A DNA stretch of 63,866 nucleotides. It comes from Sulfuricurvum sp. Its GTDB lineage: Bacteria; Campylobacterota; Campylobacteria; Campylobacterales; Sulfurimonadaceae. Positions within the stretch are counted from its first letter, which is position 1, and each line of letters opens with the position of its first letter. The notes beneath the pieces are model-generated. The model made no database searches. It was not told the DNA's origin and saw only the letters and a list, made by a program, of their open reading frames with translations. The position numbers and the translations under genes were made by a program. Positions 63,014 through 63,866 of the stretch are shown piece after piece. The DNA lies in assembly GCA_022729795.1 (NCBI GenBank), contig DZBD01000002.1, positions 1 through 63,866 of the forward strand, read 5' to 3'.

Positions 63014-63711
63014 ATATACCGCAACTCTCCAAATATAAATTAACTTTTCCACATGCCAATGATGCAAATGAAGACGGAATCGTGGCTTGGGGTGGGGATT
63101 TAAACCACTCAAGGCTTATTCGTGCTTACCAAAATGGGATTTTTCCTTGGTATGGAAAAAATGACCCTATTATTTGGTGGTCGCCAAATCCACGACTTAT
63201 AATGGAGCTTCAAGATTTCAAATGTAGCCGCTCTTTAAAAAAAAGTATAAAAAAATTTACTTATAAATTTGATACTCATTTTAAAGAGGTGATGTTGCAA
63301 TGTGCGTCCACTCCTAGAATAGGCCAAAATGGAACATGGATACAAGATGAGATTATAGAAGCCTACGAAGTACTCCACGGAATGGGAATCGCCCACAGCA
63401 TAGAAAGCTATTTTGAGGGTAATCTAGTAGGTGGATTGTATGGAGTTGTTATCGGTGGAGTTTTTTGTGGAGAATCTATGTTTGCACATGCCAATGATGC
63501 ATCTAAGGCAGCCTATGCTGTTTTAGTCAGCCATCTAAAATTATGGGGATACGATTTTATTGATTGCCAAGTACCAACAAATCATCTTAAAAGTTTAGGT
63601 GCAAAAGAAGTTGAGAGAAAGTATTTTTTAGAGAGATTATATAAAGTAAATATGAATGTAATAAAACATGTATGGGAAATAAATATATCTGCTCTAGAGG
63701 AATTATTATAA
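63010..63711 (+). CDS. aat: leucyl/phenylalanyl-tRNA--protein transferase
   Basis: AYQNGIFPW, WWSPNPR, GGLYGV, FCGESMF and DCQ. Confidence 0.96.
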   Translation: MNIPQLSKYKLTFPHANDANEDGIVAWGGDLNHSRLIRAYQNGIFPWYGKNDPIIWWSPNPRLIMELQDFKCSRSLKKSIKKFTYKFDTHFKEVMLQCASTPRIGQNGTWIQDEIIEAYEVLHGMGIAHSIESYFEGNLVGGLYGVVIGGVFCGESMFAHANDASKAAYAVLVSHLKLWGYDFIDCQVPTNHLKSLGAKEVERKYFLERLYKVNMNVIKHVWEINISALEELL

Positions 63712-63866
63712 TTATTTATCATATATTCCACATGCCAAAGAGTAAAAACACGCAAATAGATATAAAATTTTAAAAAGTTAAATAAAGCAAAAGTATAGAT
63801 TTAAAAAGTGCAAAAAGAGATAAGAGGATTAAAAAGTAGATTTTGACAACTAGGCAGCGACCTACA

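Larger units (their letters stand above)
1237..63738. repeat. dispersed short non-palindromic repeat TTCCACATGCC(A/G)AG, candidate DNA uptake sequence (35 core copies)
   Basis: Approximate starts, + orientation (..CCACATGCC..): 2838, 3032, 8461, 10404, 10767, 27139, 27532, 29239, 29464, 29634, 36323, 42236, 51146, 53948, 56788, 59179, 63047, 63726. Reverse orientation (..GGCATGTGG..): 1237, 3514, 5208, 8485, 10750, 26241, 27028, 27937, 29191, 32627, 36201, 36691, 48044, 56989, 58024, 58463, 59576. Hand count. Confidence refers to the repeat being real, not to its function. Confidence 0.95.

Noticed and set aside
1237-63738. Motif as a Chi or KOPS-type polar site (GGCATGTGG loosely resembles GCTGGTGG)
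   Set aside because: Orientation is 18:17 and interleaved across the window, and inverted pairs form hairpins. Polar motifs would be strand-skewed within a replichore.
1237-63738. Motif as a CRISPR repeat, REP/MITE or IS end
   Set aside because: Copies are short, irregularly spaced and mostly inside intact ORFs. There are no spacers, target duplications, cas genes or transposase, and the two hairpins have opposite arm order.
1237-63738. Motif as a transcription-factor operator or a restriction-modification site (contains CATG)
   Set aside because: 29 of 35 copies are intragenic and only one is clearly in a promoter region. A 10-14 bp asymmetric word is far longer than a CATG methylation site. 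A role for methylation of the internal CATG cannot be excluded.
63712-63866. Hydrophobic minus-strand reading frame at the window end, interrupted by a stop
   Set aside because: Truncated by the window edge and too short to call as a gene or pseudogene.

Overview
Low-GC chromosomal segment of a Campylobacterota bacterium, most likely Sulfurimonas or a close relative. This assignment is inferred from protein style and from gene blocks syntenic with Campylobacter: ctpA-purC-purS-purQ-periplasmic protein-plsC-crcB, rplY-pth-lptF/G-lysA-HAD-pheA-hisC-fliF-fliG-fliH-dxs, and clpS-clpA-aat. Most of the window is housekeeping genes. It also holds a Tat-exported molybdoenzyme operon (Fe-S subunit, NrfD anchor, Mo subunit; polysulfide/tetrathionate-reductase-like), an ovothiol locus (ovoA plus an overlapping MalY/PatB C-S lyase), a PhoX-like lipoprotein followed by two paralogous di-heme lipoproteins behind a pho-box-like promoter, c-di-GMP genes, comF and pilT. 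I saw no rRNA, tRNA, CRISPR array or transposase. The most striking signal is not a gene but a non-palindromic motif, consensus TTCCACATGCC(A/G)AG, core CCACATGCC. By hand count it occurs 35 times in 64 kb, against roughly 0.15 expected by chance. It is split evenly between strands (18/17), lies inside coding sequence in all six frame/strand registers, and forms inverted pairs that make the terminator hairpins between convergent genes. This is the pattern of a DNA uptake sequence (DUS/USS), which I know only from Neisseriaceae and Pasteurellaceae. It is therefore a candidate new self-DNA recognition or uptake signal in Campylobacterota. The function is inferred, not shown.
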